Source: an uncultured virus (IMG/VR IMGVR_UViG_3300021957_000006) (Duplodnaviria; Heunggongvirae; Uroviricota; Caudoviricetes). Taken from it: 64,000 nucleotides of DNA. The DNA lies in IMG/VR virus record IMGVR_UViG_3300021957_000006; one strand, written 5' to 3'. The position numbers were made by a program, and so were the translations under genes. The notes beneath the pieces are model-generated. The model was given only the letters and a program-made list of their open reading frames with translations. It was not told the origin of the DNA and searched no databases. The stretch's first letter is position 1; every line of letters begins with the position of its first letter. This document shows positions 30,501 through 38,646 of the stretch, one piece after another.

Positions 30501-33500
30501 CCCGGCATTGTAACCTACTGCTACGTTATCTGTACCAATAGTATTATTACGCGAGCCATACATACCAATTGCAGTATTACGTTGACCTGTTGTATTGTTA
30601 CGAAGTGTGCCATGGCCAACAGCCATAGATCCATAACCAGTTGTAGTATTCAGCATTGAATACATACCAATAGCTATATTATTATTGTGAACTGAATTAC
30701 TTGCATATGAACCTATTTTGTGTAATGCATAATATCCTATAGCAACGTGACTAATACCGGCACCGCATGATGCCCCCATTGCTCCAGATCCAAGAATAAC
30801 ATTATAGTTAGATCCGTTAGATCCAGATAACTTACACCCTGCATTATGACCTAAAACAACGTTATGAGTACCAGTGGAAATACTGCATAGAGCTGAGTGG
30901 CCTGCAACGACATTATTCGTACCAGTAACACTGCTGTTTAGAGCTGAATGTCCAATAGCAACATTACAATTTGTAGTTCCATCATCATTTGCTAGAGCGT
31001 TGGTACCTAGACCTAATGATGATACATCAGGTGATTTACCATCAGATAGACCATCAATGTTTGATGCTCCGCCGCTGCTTGCAGCTGCTAGAACCAATGA
31101 AGTGCCATTGTAGCACATTACGTGCCCTGACGATGCTCCTGCTTGTAGTCCGGGAAGACGAAATACTGTGTGCGCTGTTGAACCTAGAGTAATCTCATTA
31201 GATGTAGTAGACGATGTAGCTTGTGCGTCTTTTCCTAAAACAATATTGTTGGCACCAGTTGTTAGTGTACACCCAGCTTTATAACCTAAAAGAGCATTAT
31301 TGCCCCCACTTGTGATTGCACACCCAGCCAGAGCGCCAACAGCAACGTTAACATCGCCATTACCCACAGTCTTTAAGGTGTATGGACCAATTGCTACGTT
31401 ACAGCTTGTATAATTACTATTACCCACACCCATTGCACATAAGCCAATAGCAACATTTTCTAGAGGACTTGTATGAGTTTTTAATGCATCTTTACCAATA
31501 GCAACGTTACCGGTACATATACAGTTACCCATAAGAGCTTGATGACCTACAGCCGTATTATCATTTCCTGTAGTTTGCTTACATGCTGCTCTATAACCAA
31601 CTGCTGTAGTTCGACTACCACCTGAATTTTGATGTAATCCATAAACACCGACTGCTACGTTATTACATCCAGTAGTTGTAGAAATAGCCGATTGCCAACC
31701 GAGAGCAGTGTTCATTCCACCTGTTGTAATATTAGTTAATGATGTATCACCAACTGCTGTATTATATGAACCTGTAGTAGTATCATATAAAGCTTTATAA
31801 CCAATAGCTGTGTTTGACTGACCACCGGTGCCGGTTTGCAAAGCAGAACCACCTACAGCTGTATTAAATCTACCAGTAGTATTACCATACAGCGCTGCGT
31901 CACCAATAGCAATGTTTTGACACCCTGTAGTATTTTTACGTAGTGCGTATGAACCAACAGCAACGTTACATTTGCCTATAGTATTAAGCTGTAAAGCACA
32001 AGCACCTAGGGCAGTATTTCTTTCACCGGTTGTATTAGAGCATAATGATTGATAACCAACACTAGTATTATAGTCAGCTCCTGTGTTTGCATACATAGAA
32101 CACATACCAACTGCAGTATTATAATTTCCTGTAGTACTGGTATGAAGAGCATATGAGCCAACTGCAGTATTATTAGTTCCAGTTCTGTTTGAAAATAAAG
32201 CTCTGTGTCCCACTGCGACTATATTATTAATATTGCGAATGTTAAACGCTGCTTCTTTACCTACTATAGTGTTATTGCTGCCCGAGACATATTTTCCTGC
32301 TGACAATCCTACTGCAACGTTGCCAGTACCAGCTGTACCTCCGTTCGCAGCAGAATACCCAATTATAGTATTACATTGACCACCGGCATTGAGTTTCATG
32401 GCTCCGGTACCAACCGCAACATTAAATCTTGCAGTTATTGCATCACACATTGCTTCATTACCTATAACGGTATTATGAGTACCCGTAGTGTTACCATGTA
32501 GAGCGTGGGTACCTACAGCTGTGTTCTGTACACCAGTTGTAGTATCTTTCATTGCGCAATAGCCGACAGCAGTATTACACTCACCAATAGTATTAGAATG
32601 TAATGAATTAGCACCAAAAGCAGCGTTAAACATACCACAAGTATTTGCATACATAGAACATTTACCAACAGCAGTATTTGAATTTGATGATCCATCATCA
32701 TTTGCTAGAGCACTAGATCCCAATCCTATCGATGAAGCATCTGGAGATTTACCATCTGATAAGCCATCGATGTTTGTTGCACCACCGCCAGCATCTGCGA
32801 AGCTAGTTACACCAGAGCCATTTGTCGTAAGTACTTGTCCATTAGTACCATCAGATGTAGGAAGATCATAAGTTTCTGAAATTCGCACAGTAGCAGTTGC
32901 ATCGCCAATAACAACTTGGTTTGACGTAGTTGTAGTTGCGTTATAACCTATAGCGGTTGAAGCTGTATGTGAAGCGGAAGCACTTCTACCAAGAGCAACT
33001 GAACTAGTTCCCGCAGCAACTGTAGAGTGTCCTACAGACGTACTACCAAAACCACTTGCATAAGCACCCCTACCAAGTGCGGTTGCATAAGTATTTCTAG
33101 CCTCTGAATTATAACCTAGTGCTGTAGCGGATTCAGTGTTAGCAATAGAAATATGACCTATTGCTATACTATTCGACGCTGATGCTACTGCCCCACTGCC
33201 AATAGCTAATGCATCTAAATTTGATGCTACTGCACTATCCCCAATAGCAACAGCGTTGGCGCCACTCGCTAAAGGAGTAGTAGCACTTGAAGGATTATCT
33301 CGGTAGAGGGCTGGTTCTGCAGAAACCCAATCGTAATCAGATCCATTCCAGCTTAGAACTTCTCCTGAAGCTGCTGTACTTTGATTTAAATGTGTATTAA
33401 CTGATGCATCGTTATAACTACCAGCTGCAGTAATAGCAGCGTTAATCTGAGTCTGAACATTGTCAGAATCAGCAAAGCTCTTAATTACATTTGAGGAGTT

Positions 33501-33617
33501 TTTATAGTAGAGATTACCATCAGCATAGTTAATGGCTAACTCACCATAATCAAGATCACTAGTCCCAGGAGCATTACTCGAAACGGAGGACTTCTTTAGT
33601 TTAATCGTAGCTGTCAT
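27561..33617 (-). CDS. Giant Cys-rich modular tail fibre (2018 aa) with C-terminal peptidase S74 intramolecular chaperone
   Basis: Mtd_N-like N-terminus (IKLKKSS...GELAINYADG), NTAVG repeat modules, C-terminal TSDVTLKENI...GVIAQE...VNY. Confidence 0.88.
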   Translation of the reverse strand: MTATIKLKKSSVSSNAPGTSDLDYGELAINYADGNLYYKNSSNVIKSFADSDNVQTQINAAITAAGSYNDASVNTHLNQSTAASGEVLSWNGSDYDWVSAEPALYRDNPSSATTPLASGANAVAIGDSAVASNLDALAIGSGAVASASNSIAIGHISIANTESATALGYNSEARNTYATALGRGAYASGFGSTSVGHSTVAAGTSSVALGRSASASHTASTAIGYNATTTTSNQVVIGDATATVRISETYDLPTSDGTNGQVLTTNGSGVTSFADAGGGATNIDGLSDGKSPDASSIGLGSSALANDDGSSNSNTAVGKCSMYANTCGMFNAAFGANSLHSNTIGECNTAVGYCAMKDTTTGVQNTAVGTHALHGNTTGTHNTVIGNEAMCDAITARFNVAVGTGAMKLNAGGQCNTIIGYSAANGGTAGTGNVAVGLSAGKYVSGSNNTIVGKEAAFNIRNINNIVAVGHRALFSNRTGTNNTAVGSYALHTSTTGNYNTAVGMCSMYANTGADYNTSVGYQSLCSNTTGERNTALGACALQLNTIGKCNVAVGSYALRKNTTGCQNIAIGDAALYGNTTGRFNTAVGGSALQTGTGGQSNTAIGYKALYDTTTGSYNTAVGDTSLTNITTGGMNTALGWQSAISTTTGCNNVAVGVYGLHQNSGGSRTTAVGYRAACKQTTGNDNTAVGHQALMGNCICTGNVAIGKDALKTHTSPLENVAIGLCAMGVGNSNYTSCNVAIGPYTLKTVGNGDVNVAVGALAGCAITSGGNNALLGYKAGCTLTTGANNIVLGKDAQATSSTTSNEITLGSTAHTVFRLPGLQAGASSGHVMCYNGTSLVLAAASSGGASNIDGLSDGKSPDVSSLGLGTNALANDDGTTNCNVAIGHSALNSSVTGTNNVVAGHSALCSISTGTHNVVLGHNAGCKLSGSNGSNYNVILGSGAMGASCGAGISHVAIGYYALHKIGSYASNSVHNNNIAIGMYSMLNTTTGYGSMAVGHGTLRNNTTGQRNTAIGMYGSRNNTIGTDNVAVGYNAGCANTTGNYNTSVGSFALKNSVTGHENVAVGTNALLFTTHGSCNTALGTFAMQANTTGCFNTAVGSSALVSNTTGSCNTAVGFKSLQLITVGKRNTALGHCSLNSNQANYGTAVGYNALKSNVCGARNTAVGDTALSANTTGWLNVAVGMQTLGANITGSCNTAVGYGSLRQSKCQLNTGFGYATLCVVTTGRCNTAVGAEAGRTISSGCNNLTLGYNAQATSATTSNEITLGDANITAFRIPGLQSGASSGHIMCYNGTSLVLAAASSGGGASAVDDLSDGVTHGTHTIGLGSNALANDDGTNNENTALGECALYTNTTGAGNVAVGQWAMRNLNGASYSTAVGRKSQAAVTTSYGMNTSVGWLSLANATTGAYNVAIGSGALVDNIGGNGNTAVGHYAGYNICGNYNTALGTSTLNNSITAAGNTAVGYQSMYFNTTGGYNTAVGYYSLRANTVGLDNVAVGRNALCANTDGKDNVAVGACTLQLGVGTLNKQNTAVGSCAMRSNITGCSNVAVGTRALELNTSGHSNVAVGVYSLLSNTTGIRNIAIGMSALESNAQGYGNISIGYEANKCGTNTRYQVSIGCQAGYNSTNTAPSTTIGTQAACRVTTGYGNSTLGQYNRLGTTTKYGVAIGWQAHEGNQPGSQNIAIGHRAMRCGSSGNLNIAIGSSTLDALTTGTSNIAVGGGALGSVTTGVGGIAIGTDALGAITDYPVQNASIAIGTCALRNQSRYGQCNTAIGYLAGCGLSAGDNNIFVGVNAGKAGTGNGSNNVAVGVSAMYNATYQRQSTAVGNFALNMSTSGCCNTAVGRFALYNTTTGLNNTSLGTNAGCTLTTGSNIIALGYNAQPSSATVSNEITLGDANITAMRIPALSYSINSGGQVSAVDFNATSDVTLKENIETIDDGLDIVNSINPVSFTWKKDGKKSYGVIAQELEQLIPEAVSTNIEGKKVVNYSQIIAFLVQAVQDQQHQINELKSKI

Positions 33618-33644
33618 TTTAGATCCTTAAAAAAGGTGAGTTAA

Positions 33645-33670
33645 AGTCCAGGTATAAAAATACCCAGACT
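33645..33670 (-). terminator. Intergenic hairpin (terminator/attenuator or RNA stabiliser)
   Basis: Minus strand AGTCTGGGTAT-TTTT-ATACCTGGACT forms an 11-bp stem with two G-U pairs, followed by TTAA. Confidence 0.55.
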
Positions 33671-33676
33671 GTTTTA

Positions 33677-35119
33677 TTAGAATGTGCCGCCGTCAACTAC
33701 AGCAAGAGATACTGCGCCAGAGGATACACTGAACTCAGTAGCATTAAAAGAAGCAACACCTTTGTTAGATGATGTAGCAAGCTCGGCCGCGACTGTCATT
33801 TGATTTGAGCCATCAACGTAAGTAAGATCAATACCTTCACCTGCTAAGAAGAAGTTAGTGGTCAAATGATCTTCAATGGCTTCCATAATTTTTACATCGT
33901 TAAATGTAATTGTGTTAGCATCGTTGATACCAGCTTCAATATTAACGCCGTAGTTAAAGTCCCAAGCTGTATTTGAGTTATCCCATATAATAGTTGGTTT
34001 AGTACCTGAGAATTGAGCTCCACCTACTGTAATACCAGCACCATCTGCTGCAGCTCCACCAGTAGCAGAATCAGCAAGTACAAGATTTAGGTCATTAACA
34101 GACATCGTAGTTGAGTTAATGATTGTCTGAGTACCTTGAACCTGAAGGTTACCACGAACAATTAAATTACCACCATCTGAATCTTCTGGAGCTGGATCGA
34201 TGTATAGAGTATTTGATCCATCAGTAGAGCTTAAAGTGTTGCCATCTAACTTTAAGTTATCTACTGTAAGAGATGTTAGTCCTAGAACGTCACCATCTAG
34301 ATCAACAGTAATAGTCTGACCAGAAGCAGCTGCAGTTAGGTTAGTACCACCTGAAACTGTAAGAGATTGAGAGGCAAGCGCTACTGATCCAGATCCAGAG
34401 TTACCAGCTGTACTCAAAGTAGTCGTAATTGAAGCTGTTGAAGCAGAAGTCAATCGACCTTGTGCATCAACTGTAATAACTGGAATAGCAGTTGTACTAC
34501 CATATGACCCAGCAGTTACCGCGGTATTGTCTAGGTTAAAAGTAGCAGTATTTGATGTAACAGCAGAGGTTATTCCAGTACCGCCAGCTAATGTAAGAGT
34601 TTCAGTAGCCGTTTCAATATTAGTCGTGCCAGTATCACCAGCAACATCTAGATCGTTGTTAGCAGCAATAGTTGTATCAACATAAGCTTTTGTAGCAGCG
34701 TCTTGAGCACCTGAAGGATCAGTAACATTTATAATACGAGATGTACTAACATTAACTACACCTGTACCGTTAGGGTCCAGAATAACATTGCCGTTTGTGT
34801 CTGTTGAGCTAATAGTATTACCATTAATTGTAATATTATCAACATTAAGTACATCTATCTTGCTTGAAGCATCTACTAGTAGTGCAGAAGAAGCTGTAAG
34901 AGTACCAGGAGTATGATCGAGTAGATTAGCAAAATACTCACCACCAATTGATACAATCGATGTTGCAACTCCGTTGCCGTCATCTCCTTTACCGAAGAAT
35001 AGTCTATCTCCGAGATTTGCGCTAGTACCTGTACCAGCTGAGTATGCTATTTCACCAGTGGCGAGGGACGATGGAGCCGCGACACCTGTGGATCTTTTTA
35101 TTCTTATTGTAGCGGCCAT
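33677..35119 (-). CDS. Tail fibre / virion structural protein with Mtd_N-like N-terminus
   Basis: IRIKRS...APSSLATGEIAY, DAATKAYVD, AGSYGSTTAIPVITVDAQGRLT, C-terminal DGGTF. Confidence 0.8.
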   Translation of the reverse strand: MAATIRIKRSTGVAAPSSLATGEIAYSAGTGTSANLGDRLFFGKGDDGNGVATSIVSIGGEYFANLLDHTPGTLTASSALLVDASSKIDVLNVDNITINGNTISSTDTNGNVILDPNGTGVVNVSTSRIINVTDPSGAQDAATKAYVDTTIAANNDLDVAGDTGTTNIETATETLTLAGGTGITSAVTSNTATFNLDNTAVTAGSYGSTTAIPVITVDAQGRLTSASTASITTTLSTAGNSGSGSVALASQSLTVSGGTNLTAAASGQTITVDLDGDVLGLTSLTVDNLKLDGNTLSSTDGSNTLYIDPAPEDSDGGNLIVRGNLQVQGTQTIINSTTMSVNDLNLVLADSATGGAAADGAGITVGGAQFSGTKPTIIWDNSNTAWDFNYGVNIEAGINDANTITFNDVKIMEAIEDHLTTNFFLAGEGIDLTYVDGSNQMTVAAELATSSNKGVASFNATEFSVSSGAVSLAVVDGGTF

Positions 35120-35346
35120 TAGAAGCTACCTCCATTTACGTTTTGTTGTTCTAAATCTAAAGTAGCTTCCCAAAGTGAATTAGATGCATTGTATACTAGT
35201 ACACTACCGTTTACCTTTGCTGATGTATTAATACCAGTTAATTGATTAATATTTGAGGTTGCCTCTGTAACATTGCGCACCGGAGTACCAACAACTATTT
35301 TTTTTATTAAAGTTGTATTACCAGGAGAGACTGTAATTGATGACAT
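35119..35346 (-). CDS. Small virion-associated protein
   Basis: NGSVLVYN...WEA fibre motif and C-terminal NGGSF. Confidence 0.65.
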   Translation of the reverse strand: MSSITVSPGNTTLIKKIVVGTPVRNVTEATSNINQLTGINTSAKVNGSVLVYNASNSLWEATLDLEQQNVNGGSF

Positions 35347-35349
35347 GCT

Positions 35350-35703
35350 TTACCTCGTTACCGATGGAGTAACCTGAATTCTGCCTTCAAGTACTCTTTC
35401 AATTATTGTGTTAGAATCACTATCATTAAATGCTAACTCAACATCATACACATAGCGACCTGCTTTTAGGGCATCTGTTTGAGCATTTGTAAGGGAGATA
35501 GTAATTATTCCATCAGTAGCAGGACTAGCAATTACAGAGGCAAATGAAACTGTGTCGTCACTATCACTAGCATAAGTTTTTTTCAACTTTGAAGTAACGG
35601 TGTGACCGGTGAGATCCTTTTTAGATGTATCCTTGTTGATACAATGTATCTCTAGTGCTACATCGGCACCTTGGTCGATGGTAAATTCTTCATACTGGGC
35701 CAT
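35350..35703 (-). CDS. Conserved putative virion protein (IDQGA family, BppU-N-like)
   Basis: TIDQGAD, DLTG, LKAGRYVYDVE, RVLEG.I.VTPSVT motifs typical of marine T4-like phages. Confidence 0.7.
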   Translation of the reverse strand: MAQYEEFTIDQGADVALEIHCINKDTSKKDLTGHTVTSKLKKTYASDSDDTVSFASVIASPATDGIITISLTNAQTDALKAGRYVYDVELAFNDSDSNTIIERVLEGRIQVTPSVTR

Positions 35704-35726
35704 GAAATTCCTCTGATTTCTTTGTC

Positions 35727-35740
35727 GGACGTTGCCGCCC
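35727..35740 (-). promoter_or_regulatory. GNRA-tetraloop hairpin in a late transcript leader
   Basis: GGGCG-GCAA-CGTCC, between the late promoter and the RBS. Confidence 0.5.
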
Positions 35741-35756
35741 CTGCTCCTATTTAGGT

Positions 35757-35764
35757 TATTTATA
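35757..35764 (-). promoter_or_regulatory. T4-type late promoter TATAAATA
   Basis: Exact consensus, intergenic, upstream of 35703. Confidence 0.85.
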
Positions 35765-35811
35765 AGAAAAAAACACTCTACAATTGAGCAGCAATAACTT
35801 TCCTTTGTATA

Positions 35812-36771
35812 TCATATTCTATATTGATCCATTGTAAATGTTGATCCAGTCAAGCGGTTATAATCAGCGTTAAAGTTAGACCAGACTAATGCTTCTGGTG
35901 CATCATATAACATATCACAGTTCTTACAATAATCTATAGAATCAAAGTCGTGCATCTCATGCGCTTTCCTTAGTTTATTGTATTCATCTCCATACCAGAT
36001 TTCCTCTACAGTTTGATGTGACAGATGACCTAAAACCGCTTTACTGTCTTGTCCAAGAACCATACAACATGGAACGACAGCCCCTTCTCTTCTTCCAGTC
36101 CCTCCAGCCCTTACAATTAGATCTGGAGAGAATGGTCTACCACAACTACGTTTCTTCTTACCTATTCTCCAATCAACGTCAAGCTGTCCTGACCAGTTAT
36201 GCATTTTCCAAATTGAAGCTTTTATTCCAGGAACATGATCAATCCAATTTCTTCTATAAGATGCTACTTCATAATTAACTCTATTGTTATCTAATATAAG
36301 ATGATATGATCCTATACTTCCTCCATATTCAATTGCTGCATTAGCATTATCCATAACATTAAAGAAAGCATCTTTGCTCATTTGTTCTTTATACAGTTTA
36401 GGGGTATATCCAGTTACCGATATACGTGCAAAGTGCATACCAGCATCAATTGTTCTTTTCATAATGTCATCCTTAAACCAAAATCCATTGGTAATAAATG
36501 ACATTTTAAACCCTTTATCTGTACCTGCTTTAACAAAGTCGGGCAACTTCTTATTCATTGTAGGTTCACCAGATCCTTCTAAGTATATTTCTTGAACTTC
36601 TGAATCTTGAAGTTGATCTAATATATTTAAGAACATCTGATAATTCATCATTCTTTTAAATGATTTTTCTCTGCCATCATCAAAAGAATGTGGGCAAAAC
36701 TGACAGCTATAGTTACACGATCCACATATCTCTATAACTGCTTTGCTTATTGGTAATTTTACCGTTGCCAT
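35812..36771 (-). CDS. Radical SAM / SPASM-domain protein
   Basis: CNYSCQFC (CxxxCxxC), GSGEP, C-terminal C...VPCC...CKNC. Confidence 0.93.
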   Translation of the reverse strand: MATVKLPISKAVIEICGSCNYSCQFCPHSFDDGREKSFKRMMNYQMFLNILDQLQDSEVQEIYLEGSGEPTMNKKLPDFVKAGTDKGFKMSFITNGFWFKDDIMKRTIDAGMHFARISVTGYTPKLYKEQMSKDAFFNVMDNANAAIEYGGSIGSYHLILDNNRVNYEVASYRRNWIDHVPGIKASIWKMHNWSGQLDVDWRIGKKKRSCGRPFSPDLIVRAGGTGRREGAVVPCCMVLGQDSKAVLGHLSHQTVEEIWYGDEYNKLRKAHEMHDFDSIDYCKNCDMLYDAPEALVWSNFNADYNRLTGSTFTMDQYRI

Positions 36772-37277
36772 ATCTGTACTCCTGGTTTATCATAAAGACG
36801 TGCAATATGATACCAAGATGTATCAGACCCCACATACAACTTACATCTCTGTATTTGTCTAACTTTACTTATAACTTGTGCCGCGCTTTCAAAGTTTCTG
36901 GAATCCCCAAGATCAATTACATTCTCCATTTCAACTTCAACATCAAGAATTTTTATCTGATGATGGGGTTTATCTGATGAGAATCTTGATCCTAGTATCC
37001 AAGAAGATACAACATGTTTTTCTTGATTATCACACGGAGCAAGATAATCTTTCATTAGATGTCTTATCTGATGATTGGTAAGTCCAGGATCAAAGTCTTC
37101 TTCTCCGTTGTCTCCAACGTAAAGAGGGTTTACATTATTAAACATAAAATTGTACACAGGCATATATTCATACACTTCATTAATCAGACCTTGTGGTAAG
37201 TAAGAAAGATCACCTTCAAAGAAAGCATCTGCATAGATAGTTCTTTTTAAATTTAACCAAACTGCTCCTTTAAACAT
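36759..37277 (-). CDS. GT9-like glycosyltransferase, short form
   Basis: C-terminal CKLYVGSDTSWYHIA.L.DKP motif. ATG 37277 overlaps the upstream stop and is more plausible than 37328. Confidence 0.55.
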   Translation of the reverse strand: MFKGAVWLNLKRTIYADAFFEGDLSYLPQGLINEVYEYMPVYNFMFNNVNPLYVGDNGEEDFDPGLTNHQIRHLMKDYLAPCDNQEKHVVSSWILGSRFSSDKPHHQIKILDVEVEMENVIDLGDSRNFESAAQVISKVRQIQRCKLYVGSDTSWYHIARLYDKPGVQIWQR

Positions 37278-37782
37278 TTTTCCATTCCTTTTCAAAAACA
37301 CTAGCTGCCTCTTGTAATGACATGTCATACAACTCTAACCACTTCAATCCAAGCAATTCGTTCTTATACCAGTTGTATGCATCTTCTCTGGATCCTAACG
37401 TGACATAGTCATCCCAATCAATTAAGTATGGTTTGTTATCACTTGTTTGATAAATTATATTGTAGTGTTGAAGATCCCGCTTTGACCAATCATATCCTAA
37501 CGAATCAATTAATGTCAAATAGTTAGATATGTTTTCATTATAACCTTTAAGGTTTACAGGTTTATGATCAATGTATCGTTGAGTGACGACATAACAATTA
37601 TCTCTTGATTCTTCTGAAACAAAAAGTTCTGGTTGCGCTATCTTCATAAGTCGTGTGGCAAACTTTACATCTTCAATGAAATCTTTAGTAAAGTAATGTT
37701 TTTCAACATAAAGATTATTTCTATTAATAATCAGATGAGATCTACCCAGTAAGTTCTCACCCTCCTCTAGTATTAATTTCAT
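37270..37782 (-). CDS. Protein-kinase-like fold phosphotransferase (possible sugar/LPS kinase)
   Basis: VEK, RDLQHYNII catalytic loop, YLIDWD metal-binding motif. Confidence 0.7.
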   Translation of the reverse strand: MKLILEEGENLLGRSHLIINRNNLYVEKHYFTKDFIEDVKFATRLMKIAQPELFVSEESRDNCYVVTQRYIDHKPVNLKGYNENISNYLTLIDSLGYDWSKRDLQHYNIIYQTSDNKPYLIDWDDYVTLGSREDAYNWYKNELLGLKWLELYDMSLQEAASVFEKEWKNV

Positions 37783-37895
37783 TCTTCATTCTCATAAATA
37801 AATGTGTGCTCCCGTTGCTCTTTCTTTTTAAAGAGAGACTTAACGCGATATAAAAAAAACTTTATTCTATACTTTATATTCTTTGTAATTCTCAT
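37779..37895 (-). CDS. 38-aa basic microprotein with FIY motif (not in the ORF track)
   Basis: MRITKNIKYRIKFFLYRVKSLFKKKEQREHTFIYENEE; fills the gap exactly, and its stop overlaps the next start as ATGA. Confidence 0.7.
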   Translation of the reverse strand: MRITKNIKYRIKFFLYRVKSLFKKKEQREHTFIYENEE

Positions 37896-38646
37896 TAAAC
37901 ATCTCCGCTAATTTTATGTGTCCTTGTTTGTTTGGATGAGCATCCCCATTGCCTACTCTCTCTTCAGCTGTAAGATTTTTATCAAAGAAATATCCCCCTA
38001 GGCTAGGTACAAACGGCCATCCAATAAGATCTATGTCATTCAAACTGTCCATAATATCAAAGTAGTCACTATTTAACAATTCGTTTGTTATTGCGTTTCT
38101 TGTTGACTTATTGAACCCAGACAACGGTTGAAGCATTTGAAACACATGCAACTTGATTCCACGTTGTTTGCAAAGCTGTTGTAGAATGTAGATATCTCTT
38201 AATGTATCGTCAATCATTGTTTTTATTGATAGAGGAGTGTTGAAGATAGCTTTTATTTGAGATTCTTCGTTACCAGTTAGTCTTTCGAGTGCTTGAATAT
38301 CCTGCTGGCTTATCTTTGTTTCTCTTTTACCGTAAAGAGTGTCTTTAATTTTATCAGGTGCACCATTAAATATTTGAGGATTGAACGCTCTACCTCTAAT
38401 AGAAAACCTTACCCATTGACTCAATGCTATAATTATTCTACTAACATTGGAGTTTTTTAATAATGCATCAATAGCATTTCTGATTATCAAATCGTTGCCT
38501 ATCCCTGATTCCGAAACATTAATAACTTTGTCGTCAAACGATAACTGATCAGCCCATATTTTCCATGGAGCTTGGATTGGTATTCCTGGTTCAATTAAAA
38601 CTCTTAGATTGTTTTTACTAAAACTGTCACCTGATATAATTATCAT
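37867..38646 (-). CDS. SGNH/GDSL-like hydrolase or acyltransferase
   Basis: GDSFS block I, GIGN, DAHPNKQGH block V. Confidence 0.75.
   Translation of the reverse strand: MIIISGDSFSKNNLRVLIEPGIPIQAPWKIWADQLSFDDKVINVSESGIGNDLIIRNAIDALLKNSNVSRIIIALSQWVRFSIRGRAFNPQIFNGAPDKIKDTLYGKRETKISQQDIQALERLTGNEESQIKAIFNTPLSIKTMIDDTLRDIYILQQLCKQRGIKLHVFQMLQPLSGFNKSTRNAITNELLNSDYFDIMDSLNDIDLIGWPFVPSLGGYFFDKNLTAEERVGNGDAHPNKQGHIKLAEMFNENYKEYKV

Noticed and set aside
18667..33617. Diversity-generating retroelement template/variable repeat pair, suggested by Mtd_N-like domains and repeated segments
   Set aside because: No reverse transcriptase in the window. Repeat differences are synonymous and not adenine-specific, and the repeats are internal hinges rather than C-terminal variable regions.
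18667..33617. CRISPR-like periodicity (ccaatagc / ccaacagc recurring about every 42 bp)
   Set aside because: These are degenerate codons of the AIG/AVG protein repeat inside open reading frames. There is no constant repeat with unique spacers.
37278..37328. Longer N-terminus for the GT9-like ORF as given in the ORF track (likewise 42385-42414 for the third plus-strand GT)
   Set aside because: These starts overlap the upstream genes extensively. Downstream ATGs (37277, 42415) give typical short coupled overlaps.
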